Positions 1 to 10,291 of a stretch of DNA of 64,000 nucleotides are shown here, in pieces; position 1 is the first letter of the stretch, and every line of letters starts with the position of its first letter. The notes under the pieces are model-generated. The model was not told the DNA's origin and did not search any database. It worked only from the letters and a program-made list of their open reading frames with translations. The position numbers were made by a program, and so were the translations under genes. Source of the DNA: an uncultured Hormoscilla sp. (GTDB taxonomy: Bacteria > Cyanobacteriota > Cyanobacteriia > Cyanobacteriales > Desertifilaceae); contig OZ001293.3 of the NCBI GenBank assembly GCA_963921275.4, forward strand, positions 2,112,001-2,176,000. Direction: 5' to 3'.

Positions 1-1
1 C

Positions 2-970
2 GCATTCGGTGCTTTTGTGTCAGTTTTCAGAACCAATATTTCTAGCTTTGTTTTCTATCAGTTTCAATCTGATGTTATCAAGAAGCAGATTAACGAAATT
101 ATGGGCGCAACCATTAATCAGATAACCAACAAAGACATGGCGGCGTTCCAAATACCTCTGCCACCTTTAGAAGAAGAACAACGCGCGATCGCCCAAACCC
201 TATCGGACGTGGATGGCCTGATTACCGCACTGGATCAGGTGATCGCCAAAAAGCGCAACATCAAAACCGCCACCATGCAGGAACTCCTCACCGGCAAGAA
301 ACGTTTGCCGGGGTTTGGTGAGGGGAAAGGTTATAAAAACACTGAGGTTGGGGTGATTCCTGAAGATTGGGATGTTAAACATCTGAAAAATGCCCTAAAA
401 ACGACTCCTCAATATGGAATTAATGCCCCTGCTGTCCCATATCGTGATAACTTGCCGGTTTATATCAGAATTACCGACATATCGGAATCTGGTTACTTTA
501 CACCAGAAAAATTGGTTAGTGTTAACCAAGAAAATTCAGACCAATATTATCTCGAAGAAGGAGATTTGGTTTTTGCCAGAACTGGTAGTGTTGGGGAATC
601 ATATCTTTATAATCCCGATGACGGCGAACTCGTTTTTGCAGGATTTCTAATTCGCATAAGACCTGACGAAAACATACTATTACCCCATTATTTAGCTCAG
701 TATGTAAAAACAAAAATCTACTGGGATTGGGTTAAGTTAATGTCTATGCGTACTGTTCAACCTGGGATTAATGGGAATGAGTATGGTCAACTGCTAGTTC
801 CGTTGCCAGCAATAGAAGAACAACGCGCGATCGCCTCTATTCTCTCAGACATGGATGCGGAAATAGCGGCTTTAGAAAAGCGCCGCGCCAAAACAAAAGC
901 CATCAAGCAAGGTATGATGGAGCAACTCTTAACCGGAAAAACCAGACTCATCGTTCCAAGCAATGCTTAA
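2..970 (+). CDS. hsdS: Type I restriction-modification specificity subunit (5'-partial)
   Basis: Two conserved HsdS spacers (LPPLEEEQRAIAQTLSD...; LPAIEEQRAIASILSD...KQGMMEQLLTGKTRL) around a TRD; frame open from the window start. Confidence 0.92.
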   Translation, partial: AFGAFVSVFRTNISSFVFYQFQSDVIKKQINEIMGATINQITNKDMAAFQIPLPPLEEEQRAIAQTLSDVDGLITALDQVIAKKRNIKTATMQELLTGKKRLPGFGEGKGYKNTEVGVIPEDWDVKHLKNALKTTPQYGINAPAVPYRDNLPVYIRITDISESGYFTPEKLVSVNQENSDQYYLEEGDLVFARTGSVGESYLYNPDDGELVFAGFLIRIRPDENILLPHYLAQYVKTKIYWDWVKLMSMRTVQPGINGNEYGQLLVPLPAIEEQRAIASILSDMDAEIAALEKRRAKTKAIKQGMMEQLLTGKTRLIVPSNA

Positions 971-1073
971 TTGCTTATAAGCAGTGCGCATAGCGCTATG
1001 GCGAATTGCTTATACGCAGTGCGCGTAGCGCTATGGCGAATTGCTTATACGCAGTCCGAGTAGCGCTATGGCG
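969..1073 (+). repeat. 3 x 35-bp tandem repeat AATTGCTTATACGCAGTGCGCGTAGCGCTATGGCG
   Basis: Units at 969, 1004 and 1039, near-identical, no spacers. Confidence 0.9.
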
Positions 1074-1150
1074 ATCGGGCAATCAACGGGTGCATCGGTT
1101 GGGTTTACGCTTCCCGGGCGGGCCAGCGGCCCGCCCTACGCGAATGACAA

Positions 1151-2212
1151 TTAACAATTAACCATTAATAATTCAACAGCGTCGCCCGCATGCCCATGCC
1201 AAGCATAACCGTCGAGAGCCATTTGTTCGATCGAACTCGCCAAGCGCAAAGCTTTAAGGGCCTGTTCGCCGCCGACAGAAGGTTGATTTCCCCCGCACAC
1301 GCAACTGACAAAATGCTCTAACTCAGCGTGCAGCGGTTCAATATTACTGGTGTAGACCTTCTCAATCAAACCATCCTGGCGGTAAAGCACCTGACCGTAT
1401 TCAGTCATGTAATTAGCAGTCGAAAGTCGGTGAATCAAAATCTCATTGTTAAGAAAATCTGCCTCCGTCAAAGAATTCTTACAATGGGCAGCAATGCGGC
1501 GAATCTTGCGATGGGTGACATTGCTGGATATGAGAGTAGCGACAATGCCATTCGCAAAGCCCAAAGTAGCAGTGACATAATCTAAATATCCCGAGTCAGA
1601 GGCCCGACTCCCACTAGCTGTTAATTTGACTACAGGTGCAGCGGCCAACTCTAAAAGCAGATCGATGTCATGGATCATCAGATCCAGAACCACAGACACA
1701 TCGTTGGCCCGATGGGAATAGGGACTCATCCGGTAGGCTTCCAAGGCTAGCAGTTCTTCTGTCTTCAGAACCTGACTGAGTTCTTGAAAAGCTGGGTTAA
1801 AGCGTTCGATGTGACCGACTTGCAAAATGCAGTTGCAATCAGCTGCTGCATTTACCAGAGATTCCGCCTCGGCAATGCTGGCCGCGATCGGCTTTTCGAT
1901 CAATATATGCACCCCAGCTTTCAGACAACTCATGCCCACATCGTAGTGCGATCGCGTAGGAACGGCAATGCAGACCGCGTCCACATGGGGCAGCATCTGG
2001 CGATAATCGGCAAAAAAACGGACTCGATACTTGCTGGCGATGTCTATACCCCGTTCCACATCAATGTCTGAAACACCGATCAGTTCGACATCCTTGAGTA
2101 AACTTAAAACCCGGGTATGGTGCTGTCCCATATTCCCCACTCCAATCACCCCAACTCGGATAGGTTTGGATTGGTGTCGCGGCACCAAAGCGTTCCGATG
2201 TCTCAATGACAT
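1151..2212 (-). CDS. Gfo/Idh/MocA family NAD-dependent oxidoreductase
   Basis: RVGVIGVGNMG Rossmann motif, IEKP, GHIERFNP, DLMIHDID; start placed at internal ATG 2212. Confidence 0.9.
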   Translation of the reverse strand: MSLRHRNALVPRHQSKPIRVGVIGVGNMGQHHTRVLSLLKDVELIGVSDIDVERGIDIASKYRVRFFADYRQMLPHVDAVCIAVPTRSHYDVGMSCLKAGVHILIEKPIAASIAEAESLVNAAADCNCILQVGHIERFNPAFQELSQVLKTEELLALEAYRMSPYSHRANDVSVVLDLMIHDIDLLLELAAAPVVKLTASGSRASDSGYLDYVTATLGFANGIVATLISSNVTHRKIRRIAAHCKNSLTEADFLNNEILIHRLSTANYMTEYGQVLYRQDGLIEKVYTSNIEPLHAELEHFVSCVCGGNQPSVGGEQALKALRLASSIEQMALDGYAWHGHAGDAVELLMVNC

Positions 2213-2649
2213 GATCTGTACCTTCCTGTCTAATTCTCCTCCACCACTCTGGTCCAGGCTGAATCTTTCCGAGATACCTCTGAGGGTACTGCTTTTAGCG
2301 CTCCCGAGAGGCATCGAACCTCAGACTATCCAGATGGTAGCACAGTCCTATTCTTCCGGGCGGGGCGAAAACGGGCTGGCGGGACAAGTCCTACGCAATT
2401 GATGTTGGCAAGCGCTGTGTGCTGGCAATAGGCATGGGGATGATAACCGTGGGTCGTGTCCGTTCGCGTGGCAGCGTGGGCGTGCGCGGCGCTTCGCCTC
2501 CTCTTCCTGTGCCAGTTAAAATAGCGTCAGGTGTCCTCAAAGCAACCCACTCCGATTTTTCTGAGGTTTGTAGTGAGGACTTCCGTCCTCACTACAAACC
2601 TCAGTACAAATCTATGATTGAAGCAAAGGAAAAAAAGGAGAGAGAAAAA

Positions 2650-3582
2650 ATGCTTGCCAAATTTCCCAAGCTTCCGGTCTTAGCGAGTTTATGTTTGTCC
2701 CTGCTACTGATCTCGGCCTGCGATGAGAATAATCCTCCGGCTACATCTAAGATTGTCTTCACTTCCGACCGCGACGGCAACGATGAAATCTATGTGATGA
2801 ACGGCGACGGTTCGGACGTGACCAGACTGACTGATAATCAGGCGATCGATTATGTACCGGTCTGGTCGCCGGACGGAACCAAGATTGCTTTCACCTCCGA
2901 ACGGGATAGCAATAGTGAAATCTACGTAATGAACGCTGATGGTTCCAGTCCTACCAGGCTGACCTACAATCAGGCTAACGATATTTTGCCAGACTGGTCC
3001 CCGGACGGGAGTCAGATAGCCTTCGCCTCTAACCGCCACGGTAACTATGAAATCTACGTGATGAATGCCAATGGTTCCAATCTGATTAGGCTGACCAACA
3101 ATCGGGCCATAGATGGGAGCCCAGCTTGGTCCCCCGACGGGAGACAGATCGCTTTCTATTCTAACCGCGATGGCAACCGGGAAGTCTATGTGATGAATGC
3201 CAACGGTTCCGGTCAGACCAATCTGACTAACAATTCTAAGACCGATGATGGCGTGCCAGCCTGGTTTCCCGATGGGAAGCAGATTGCCTTTATCTCTAGT
3301 AGCAATGGTAACAATGAGATCTACGTGATGAATGCGGATGGGTCCAATCAGATTAATATCACCAAAAATCGCGACCAGGATGGGGTGCCAGCCTGGTCGC
3401 CGGACGGGGGGTGGATTAGCTTCCATTCCGATCGTGATGGTAACTTTGAAATCTATGCCCTCGACGCTGACGGTTCTAGTCTGACCAATCTGACTGACAA
3501 TCCTGCCAAGGATCTCTACCCCGATTGGCAACCCGATCGCTCAATCCCCAGCAGTAAATTGTATCATCAACGAAAGCCATAA
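2650..3582 (+). CDS. TolB-like PD40/WD40-like beta-propeller lipoprotein
   Basis: Lipobox-like LLLISAC; six repeats [30 protein letters not shown]. Confidence 0.88.
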   Translation: MLAKFPKLPVLASLCLSLLLISACDENNPPATSKIVFTSDRDGNDEIYVMNGDGSDVTRLTDNQAIDYVPVWSPDGTKIAFTSERDSNSEIYVMNADGSSPTRLTYNQANDILPDWSPDGSQIAFASNRHGNYEIYVMNANGSNLIRLTNNRAIDGSPAWSPDGRQIAFYSNRDGNREVYVMNANGSGQTNLTNNSKTDDGVPAWFPDGKQIAFISSSNGNNEIYVMNADGSNQINITKNRDQDGVPAWSPDGGWISFHSDRDGNFEIYALDADGSSLTNLTDNPAKDLYPDWQPDRSIPSSKLYHQRKP

Positions 3583-3597
3583 AACCAAATACCCAGA

Positions 3598-3626
3598 AAA
3601 CCCGGTTTCTCAAAGAAACCGGGTTT
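3598..3626 (+). terminator. AAACCCGGTTTCT-caa-AGAAACCGGGTTT hairpin (REP-like, possible terminator)
   Basis: Perfect 13-bp inverted repeat followed by CTTTT just after a stop codon; the motif recurs near 27515/27567, 30603/30655 and 43936. Confidence 0.6.
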
Positions 3627-3798
3627 CTTTTGCGATAGCAGCTTGGCGACATTTCACCTACTGCTGACGAATAAGGGGTATAACCCATAGTAGGATCGGC
3701 TGAAAGCATCAAGCGGACAAATTCTCGTTGCCAGAGTTGGGAACGAAAATTTCAGCTATTAGCTCACAATAATGGCAATAACTTTTGGGAGCCAAAAA

Positions 3799-4698
3799 AT
3801 GCGTACCAAGAAATTAAAACCCTTTGTGTTGATGGGCTTATGCGTGCTACTGTCGATCTTGACTTGGAGTAGCTTAGATCCGGGAACTGCTCAAACCCCC
3901 ACCCCCACAGAATCTCTGATTGCCTTCAGAACTTTCCGCGACGGCAATCGAGAAATCTATGTGATGAATGCCGATGGGTCCAATCCAAGAAATGTAACAA
4001 AAAATGCAGCTAATGATAACGACCCAGTATGGTCGCCAGATGGGAGTCGCATTGCCTTCTCCTCCGATCCCGATGGCAACCGGGAAGTCTATATAATGAA
4101 TGCCGATGGTTCCAATCAGGCGAGACTGACTGACTTGCCAGAGGGCGCCCGTTCTCCTGCCTGGTCTCCTGATGGCAGGCGAGTGGCTTTTGTGGAGACG
4201 CGCCAGGGAAACGAACAAGTCTGGGCGATCGACGTTGACGGTTCCAACCTGTCCAATCTAACTGGTAATGATGCGAGGAATTTTTCCCCCTCCTGGTCGC
4301 CTGATGGCAGTATGGTTGCTTTCCACTCTAACCTGAACGGAGCTGACACGGAAGTCTATGTGATTAATGCTGACGGTTCTAATCCGATTAATCTGACCAA
4401 CTCTCCAGGTTTTGATGGGGGTCCTAGCTGGTCTCCTGATGGTAACAAGATTGCCTTCCATTCTACGCGGGATGGAGAACCGGATATCTACGTGATGAAC
4501 GCGGATGGTTCCAATCAAACCAGGTTGACTAGTTCTTTAGGGTTGGATCTTTTCCCTAAATGGTCGCCTGATGGCGGTATGATTGCTTTCCACTCTGACC
4601 GCGATCGCAATTTTGAAATCTACGTGATGAATGCGGACGGGTCAAATCAGACCAATATCACCAACAATATCGCTCTGGATCAGTCTCCTGATTGGTAA
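3799..4698 (+). CDS. Second TolB-like PD40 beta-propeller secreted protein (tandem paralog)
   Basis: Signal peptide followed by WSPDG repeats as in the upstream gene. Confidence 0.88.
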   Translation: MRTKKLKPFVLMGLCVLLSILTWSSLDPGTAQTPTPTESLIAFRTFRDGNREIYVMNADGSNPRNVTKNAANDNDPVWSPDGSRIAFSSDPDGNREVYIMNADGSNQARLTDLPEGARSPAWSPDGRRVAFVETRQGNEQVWAIDVDGSNLSNLTGNDARNFSPSWSPDGSMVAFHSNLNGADTEVYVINADGSNPINLTNSPGFDGGPSWSPDGNKIAFHSTRDGEPDIYVMNADGSNQTRLTSSLGLDLFPKWSPDGGMIAFHSDRDRNFEIYVMNADGSNQTNITNNIALDQSPDW

Positions 4699-4752
4699 AC
4701 GGTGGTTACTTCCGCGCGGTGTAATATTGTGGCGGTAAGGAAAATTGCTCTG

Positions 4753-4980
4753 GTGTCACGAGTGGAAGCAATCTTAGGCTTTTGGTTTGGTCAGCCAGGA
4801 ACCTGTGAGTATGGCAAATCCCGTCAGGTTTGGTTTACAAAAAATGCGATCGTTTGACCGGGAAATTCGCAGCCAGTTTATGTCAGACTACGAATAAGCT
4901 GCGGCTGGGAAGCTGAACCTTTGGCAAGAATCACCTCTCAGTTGTCTGGCGGAGATCGTTATATTGGATCTGTTTTCGGT
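4753..4980 (+). pseudogene. DUF924 family pseudogene (5' half only)
   Basis: VEAILGFWFG...VWFTK/frameshift/FDREIRSQF..YE*AAAGKL..WQESPLSCLAEIVILD; one frameshift, one stop, 3' half missing. Confidence 0.75.
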
Positions 4981-4982
4981 AT

Positions 4983-5163
4983 ACGCGATTCGCCCCGACC
5001 GGGCACATAGGATGTAATCATGAGGGTTTGAGGTTCCGCAGCACCGAGAACCGGTGTTACTCCCGTACTTGGGGAGGGGGAATCCAACCCCATGAATGCC
5101 AGTGTTCCTAATTTCTTAGGCTAGCTTTCCGCGTTTGACTAAGTTATGGAAAACGAATCGCAT
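4983..5163 (-). mobile_element. Group II intron 5'-end fragment (domain I start), bounded by a 10-bp inverted repeat
   Basis: Minus strand ATGCGATTCGTT...CATGGGGTTGGATTCCCCCTCCCCAAGTACGGGAGTAACACCGGT is homologous to the 5' ends of the introns at 22479 and 63625. Confidence 0.8.
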
Positions 5164-5292
5164 GTCACCCCTCAGGTCACACCCAGACCGCACTGGTCCT
5201 GGGGAGGGTACTTTTACCTCGACCGGCACCTACTAGCTGCTAACCGATGCCCCACTGTTGGGGTTTAAAACCTCTCTGTTGGGGTTTAAAAC

Positions 5293-5433
5293 GGGTGTAG
5301 TTTTGCGGCCGTTGGCAACCGTTCGCCGTTCCCTGTGAGCCGTTTGCCGTTCCCTGGGAGGGAATTCTCCGTTTTTGTTCCCCGTTCTCCGTTAATAGTT
5401 CTCCACTAAATACAACTACTTTTGACCACACCC
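5293..5433. mobile_element. Degenerate MITE of the GGGTGTGGTCAAAA TIR family
   Basis: Right end CAACTACTTTTGACCACACCC matches the family; left end GGGTGTAGTTTTGCGGCCGTTGG is degenerate; no TSD. Confidence 0.6.
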
Positions 5434-5864
5434 GTTCTGTCCTAGGGATAATAGAAAGAATACACAGTCAACCTCACAGAAACGCGACGCAGATCAGAAC
5501 GAGAAGTGGCTCAACTGCGAGAGGCGTTAGCTGAGATAGCACGGACTCAAGCACGTGCTTGGGCTAATGTGAATGGTTCTGTAACTCAGATGAGCAGTTA
5601 CGTTGCACATATAAGCAATTCGGTAGCTCATTTAGCAGAGAATAAAAGAGAAACTCGCACGGAGATGTATTATAGGCTAGTAGACGGATTGGACGGCCGT
5701 CAAGCGGAGATGACGGGGTTATCTATGTGCTTGTGGAAAAAACGGCTGGATATCAAGGCTAGCATCTATTGCAGGATTCGTAGCTTGGCTGTCGCCATAC
5801 AGTAAAATGGCATGGCACGGGCTTAAGCAAAAGAATATTGTCAATTTTGAATTTTGAATTGCTT

Positions 5865-7100
5865 ATGACTTCCCCATTACCGAATCTCCTATTCGGCAGA
5901 CACCAATGTCAGTAGCCGGATTAACCTCCTATATCCAGACATTGCTAGAACAAGATGACCAACTCAGACAAATATGTGTAATAGGTGAAGTATCCAGTGC
6001 CAATCGCCACTCTAGCGGGCTATTCTTTACCCTAGGTGCTCCAGGCGCTAAGACAATAGTTAGTTGCGTGATCTGGAATGGCTATCTCCACCAATTCTTT
6101 AATATGCCGGTAAAAGGAGAACTGATAGTTATTTTAGGCCATATGCGCCTTTATCCCTTTAGGGGACAATATCTGCTATTGGTCGCTCAGGCGTTACCCG
6201 CAGGAGAGGGTTTGCAAGCTTTGCGTTACCGCTAACTGCGCGATCGCCTAGCAGCGGAAGGTTTATTCTACCCCCAAAGAAAGCGGACTCTCCCGCCTCA
6301 TCCCCAAACCATCGCAGTAGTCACCTCACCCCAAGCAGCAGCCTGGGGTGATATCCAACGCACCCTCAGACGCTGCTATCCGGGTTTGCAAGTTTTATTC
6401 TCGCTCGCCCTCATCCAGGGAACCCAAGCCGCTGCAGCCATTGTAGCAGCCATTAAGCGAGTAGAATCCGATGGCAGAGCCGAAGTGCTGATTCTCTCCC
6501 GGGGAAGAGGCGCAGTTGAAGATCTCGCCTGCTTTAATGACGAACGAGTCGTGAAGGCGATCGCCCCATTGTCCCATCCCAGTCATTGCTGGCATTGGTC
6601 ATCAGCGAGACGAGACCCTGGCCGACTTAGCAGCGGATGTTTACGTCTCCACTCCCACCGCCGTCGCCATTCAAGCGGTACCAGAACTTGCTACCTTAGA
6701 AATAGAACATCTCGATAGGACTAACGCCTTAAAAAATGCCGTCAAACATCAGCTAGAACAGCGTCAAAGTAAACTGCAACAGTTCCGTTCCCGACTGCGG
6801 CGCCTACAACTCGATCGACTCTTGCAGCAAGAAACTGAAGCCCTGACCTGGAAGCGTCGGCAGCTTGTACAACTAAGTTACCAGAAAATCCAGCAAGAAA
6901 GCCAACACTGCCAGCACCTGGGGCAAAAACTAGCAACCCTCGACCCACACAACGTGCTGCAAAGAGGTTATGCTGTAGTCAGGCAACCCCCAGCCTGCCC
7001 ACTATTATCCGTTCATCCGCCCGCTTAACAGTTGGCGAGGAATTACAGATTCAGTTAGGTCAAGGTCAGGTTAAAGTCAAAATCACCGAAATCCTTAACT
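5865..7100 (+). pseudogene. xseA: Exodeoxyribonuclease VII large subunit, disrupted
   Basis: SVAGLTSYIQ..GEVS, TIAVVTSPQAAAWGDI, IAGIGHQRDETLADLAAD, LDPHNVLQRGYAVV; in-frame TAA at 6233 plus several frameshifts. Confidence 0.9.
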
Positions 7101-7109
7101 CAACTACAG

Positions 7110-7370
7110 ATGTCTAAAGATATTCCCCAGGTTCTATCGTCCCAACCCGATGCAATGCAACTCCCTCCAGAATGGAATTCTGAGGCAACAGTTGCTCAAG
7201 TTGAAACAATTATCTCGCAAATCGAAGTAGGTAAGCTAGAATTAGCAGAAGTCTTCGATCGATTTGCCGATGCCATTGAATATCTGCATCAATGCAAGCA
7301 ATTTCTTGCAGAACGACGGCAGCAAATGGATTTACTCATTGAAACCCTAGCAGATGAACCACAATTTTAA
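7110..7370 (+). CDS. xseB: Exodeoxyribonuclease VII small subunit
   Basis: [23 protein letters not shown]...; directly follows xseA. Confidence 0.85.
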   Translation: MSKDIPQVLSSQPDAMQLPPEWNSEATVAQVETIISQIEVGKLELAEVFDRFADAIEYLHQCKQFLAERRQQMDLLIETLADEPQF

Positions 7371-7477
7371 TCCTTTGAAAATTGAGAATTGAAAATTGGG
7401 AATTGAAAGTAAAAAACAGACATCTGACGGGCAGGCGAGACTGAGCCCTACGCATCTGACAACTGGGATTAGCAATT

Positions 7478-8662
7478 CTAGGCTATACTACTACGTTTGC
7501 GAGTTTCTTTGTAAGAAGTTCCCACATTTTTTAAGCCGGCTTTAATCATCTCTTGTTCCAGCAGGGCAAAGAAACGAGCCCGATCGCCCCCCCGCACCAC
7601 CGCCTGATTATGCGCTTCCGCCAAAACTACCGGATAACCATAACCCTTTTGCACCTGCGAGATCGTCAGACTCAAAGCGTTATCCAGCAATGTGGAATTT
7701 TCCGCTACCCAAGCCGGAAAATCAATCCTAGCAATTTCATGACCGACATGAAGATAGCAAAAATAAATTTTCTGGGAACCATAATGATCTAAAATCCGGG
7801 CGGAACTTTGCCACAAACAGCTGCGTTGTCCCGGTTGCAGAAACACCCCCCAGAAAGTGGTATCTCGTAGAGGATTAAAAACCTGGCAAGGCGCTTTGTC
7901 AGCATTGTTATTGCAATTTTTTACACAGTTAGGTTCCGGATAAGGACAACTTTGCAAGCGCAGAAAATTCAGCGCTTCACTACTACGAGAGGAACTCAGA
8001 TAGCCGATGATCGGGATCCCCGCCTCTTGTAGCTGACTCCAAGCATTCAGGATCGGCGGTAGCAGGCGATCGCGTGCCGGAGTTGTCAACTGTTCCAGAA
8101 ACCAGTAAATCAGGGAACTATCCACCATCGCCAAATTGGGGATATGCGATGCCGAAGTTGCTAGCATTGAACCTAATTCAGCAAGCATTACCGCCTCAGA
8201 CACTGTGCGAACATAGCCCATCCACTCTTCGGTTCTAATGCCCCACTGACGAGAAATATAAAGCTCTTCCGGGCGGTAGAACACCTCTGGTAAGCTATCT
8301 AAGAGAGGTTGTCGGTTCTGTCCATAGTACAATAGTACCCTACCGACATTAATCAGATAGCAATAGGCAATTTCATGGTGAGAAGGAGCTATCTGGGAGC
8401 CATCCGTAGCCATTACTGTCTGCACTTCTGGCGGGACATTCACTTCGACGCAAGTATCCAAGGGTTCGACTGGTAAGGCCGCGTTAAATTCCAGGGCCTT
8501 GTGCCAATTCTGATGTTGCTGCTCTAACAAGTCCTGTTCAACGGTGGCTTGCTCCCAGAGTTGATGGGCGATATCTAAGCGTTTGCGACTTGCAGCGGCT
8601 TCCTGAGTAAGGTGCTGACTGATGTTTTGCATTTGCTGCGCTAGTTTCGTTAAATCCAGCAT
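7478..8662 (-). CDS. NurA-domain nuclease
   Basis: ATDGSQI, MVDSSL, GYGYPVVLAEAHNQAVV motifs. Confidence 0.85.
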   Translation of the reverse strand: MLDLTKLAQQMQNISQHLTQEAAASRKRLDIAHQLWEQATVEQDLLEQQHQNWHKALEFNAALPVEPLDTCVEVNVPPEVQTVMATDGSQIAPSHHEIAYCYLINVGRVLLYYGQNRQPLLDSLPEVFYRPEELYISRQWGIRTEEWMGYVRTVSEAVMLAELGSMLATSASHIPNLAMVDSSLIYWFLEQLTTPARDRLLPPILNAWSQLQEAGIPIIGYLSSSRSSEALNFLRLQSCPYPEPNCVKNCNNNADKAPCQVFNPLRDTTFWGVFLQPGQRSCLWQSSARILDHYGSQKIYFCYLHVGHEIARIDFPAWVAENSTLLDNALSLTISQVQKGYGYPVVLAEAHNQAVVRGGDRARFFALLEQEMIKAGLKNVGTSYKETRKRSSIA

Positions 8663-8788
8663 ATACTGAGCTCTTGCACTTTTGTCAATGGGCTACGCTT
8701 GTTACCAGGGTCGGCCTGGGAATGAGCGACCCGAGGCAGAGCCTTCTTTTTCTAATACAAACTGGTCTCTGATAATTGATAACTGACT

Positions 8789-9571
8789 CTAGGGCCATGC
8801 TGAGAAATCTTGCACGAACTGTTCTAGTGACAGTAGCTGAATGCGCTCCTGATTGCGGACTGATTCTCGTTCCGAGGAGGTATTATAGCCCCAATTCGCT
8901 AGATACAGCCTCACTGGCTCTAGGTCTGGCTGCTGTTGCACCTGTTGTAAGGTCTTCAGCCGGTCTTCTATAAACCAGATGTTCTGGACCGATCTTCTTA
9001 ATTTCCGCAGAGTTTCGTACTTAGGATTTTTGCGGCCTTTGCCGTAAATCTTCCCTTTGGAAAATTCTATTCCTTGTTGCTGCAATAGCTTTCTGACAAA
9101 GCGTTCTTCTTTGGTGGTGATAATTACTGGTTCTACCGGGCTCTCAAGGAGTGATCGCACTCTTTGGACTACTCCCGGATAGAACCGATGGTACTCCAGC
9201 CAGCTTGCTAGATCTGTAGATATCCATTGGTCGCGCTGTTTGTCCAGTAGCTGTCCCAACTCTGCGGTTTGGAGATTTTCTGTCTTCAACAGTTGCTGGG
9301 CGATCGCCAGCCAGCCGAGCAAAATCTCCTCTTCCGGAACACCTTGGAGAATGGCCCGTAGCAGCAAAGGCATTTCCCATCCCGTTTCGATTACTGGTCG
9401 CATGCGATAAAACACCGGCGCTATCTGCTCGGGAGGATCCTGATTAGCTGGCTGCCATATTTGACAATATGTGCGCCAAGTTGTCAGGAAATATTCTTCC
9501 AGCCCGTCACAGAGGACACCGTCAAAATCAAGGGCGAGGATGGTAGAGGCGGTTTTGGGCATGGTTTTCAC
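8789..9571 (-). CDS. HAD-superfamily hydrolase
   Basis: LALDFDGVLCD, IITTK, FIEDR motifs. Confidence 0.88.
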   Translation of the reverse strand: MKTMPKTASTILALDFDGVLCDGLEEYFLTTWRTYCQIWQPANQDPPEQIAPVFYRMRPVIETGWEMPLLLRAILQGVPEEEILLGWLAIAQQLLKTENLQTAELGQLLDKQRDQWISTDLASWLEYHRFYPGVVQRVRSLLESPVEPVIITTKEERFVRKLLQQQGIEFSKGKIYGKGRKNPKYETLRKLRRSVQNIWFIEDRLKTLQQVQQQPDLEPVRLYLANWGYNTSSERESVRNQERIQLLSLEQFVQDFSAWP

Positions 9572-9611
9572 ATTGCTACTGGATCGTTATGGTATCCGGA
9601 GGACCGTGCCG

Positions 9612-9919
9612 GCCTTTACCTGTTCAACTGGGGTGCTAGGATTCGAACCTAGGAATGGCGGGACCAAATCCCGCTGCCTTACCGCGCCAGCCTTTACCTG
9701 TTCAACTGGGGTGCTAGGATTCGAACCTAGGTATGGCGGGACCAAATCCCGTTGCCTTACCGCGCCAGCCTTTACCTGTTCAACTGGGGTGCTAGGATTC
9801 GAACCTAGGTATGGCGGGACCAAATCCCGTTGCCTTACCGCGCCAGCCTTTACCTGTTCAACTGGGGTGCTAGGATTCGAACCTAGGTATGGCGGGACCA
9901 AAACCCGCTGCCTTACCGC
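9612..9919 (-). repeat. 78-bp tandem array of tRNA-Gln 3' portions
   Basis: Units start at 9612, 9690, 9768 and 9846; each is about 58 nt of tRNA plus a 20-nt linker. Confidence 0.95.
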
Positions 9920-9933
9920 TTGGCTACACCCCA
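9862..9933 (-). tRNA. trnQ: tRNA-Gln(TTG)
   Basis: TGGGGTG/CACCCCA acceptor stem, GCGGG-TTTTGGT-CCCGC anticodon arm, GGTTCGAATCC T-loop; 72 nt, CCA not encoded. Confidence 0.96.
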
Positions 9934-10291
9934 ATTCGCTTCTTTTGATATCATAACCTTAAGAGCCTGGTAATTGTCAAGTCTAATTTCCATTTTTTTT
10001 GAAAAAATTTTTCCGACATCTGCCAAACCCTTACCCTATGGGCGTTATAGAGAATTTGTTTTTTTGTTTACCTCCGGGGCATCTGTCCTTTTCGGCGGTG
10101 GCCTAGATCGACCAGAGCGTTGGTACGGTACTCTTGACTCGCACTTGCGAGCGTTGACTAACCCGGCCTTGAACAAGTATAAACTGTCGAAGCCATTGGT
10201 TATGGGTCAACAGCGCTTACCTGGCTGCCCCATCCTAGCCCGCAAATCTGAGATCCACTTTCCCATTTACACTTGTTCAAAAGGGCCAGCA

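Noticed and set aside
2215..2345. Riboswitch upstream of the Gfo/Idh/MocA gene
   Set aside because: Only an extended -10-like TGCTACCAT and short hairpins; no recognisable aptamer consensus
2704..4518. Long antisense ORFs over the PD40 genes, and similar shadow ORFs such as 11209-11970, 19174-19806, 23790-24440 and 27624-28070
   Set aside because: Opposite-strand shadows of recognisable genes, with no motifs of their own
2650..4698. Diversity-generating retroelement template/variable repeat pair
   Set aside because: No RT in the window and repeat differences are not confined to adenines
5506..5805. 99-aa ORF upstream of xseA
   Set aside because: No recognisable family; may be a coiled-coil remnant, too weak to call
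9612..9933. CRISPR array
   Set aside because: Linkers are identical rather than unique spacers, the repeat is tRNA sequence, and there are no cas genes; the 969-1073 and 53489-53636 repeats also lack spacers
9471..9956. ORFs 9471-9956 (+) and 9587-9934 (-) with 26-aa repeats
   Set aside because: By-product of the 78-bp (26-codon) tRNA-derived repeat; they overlap a tRNA gene
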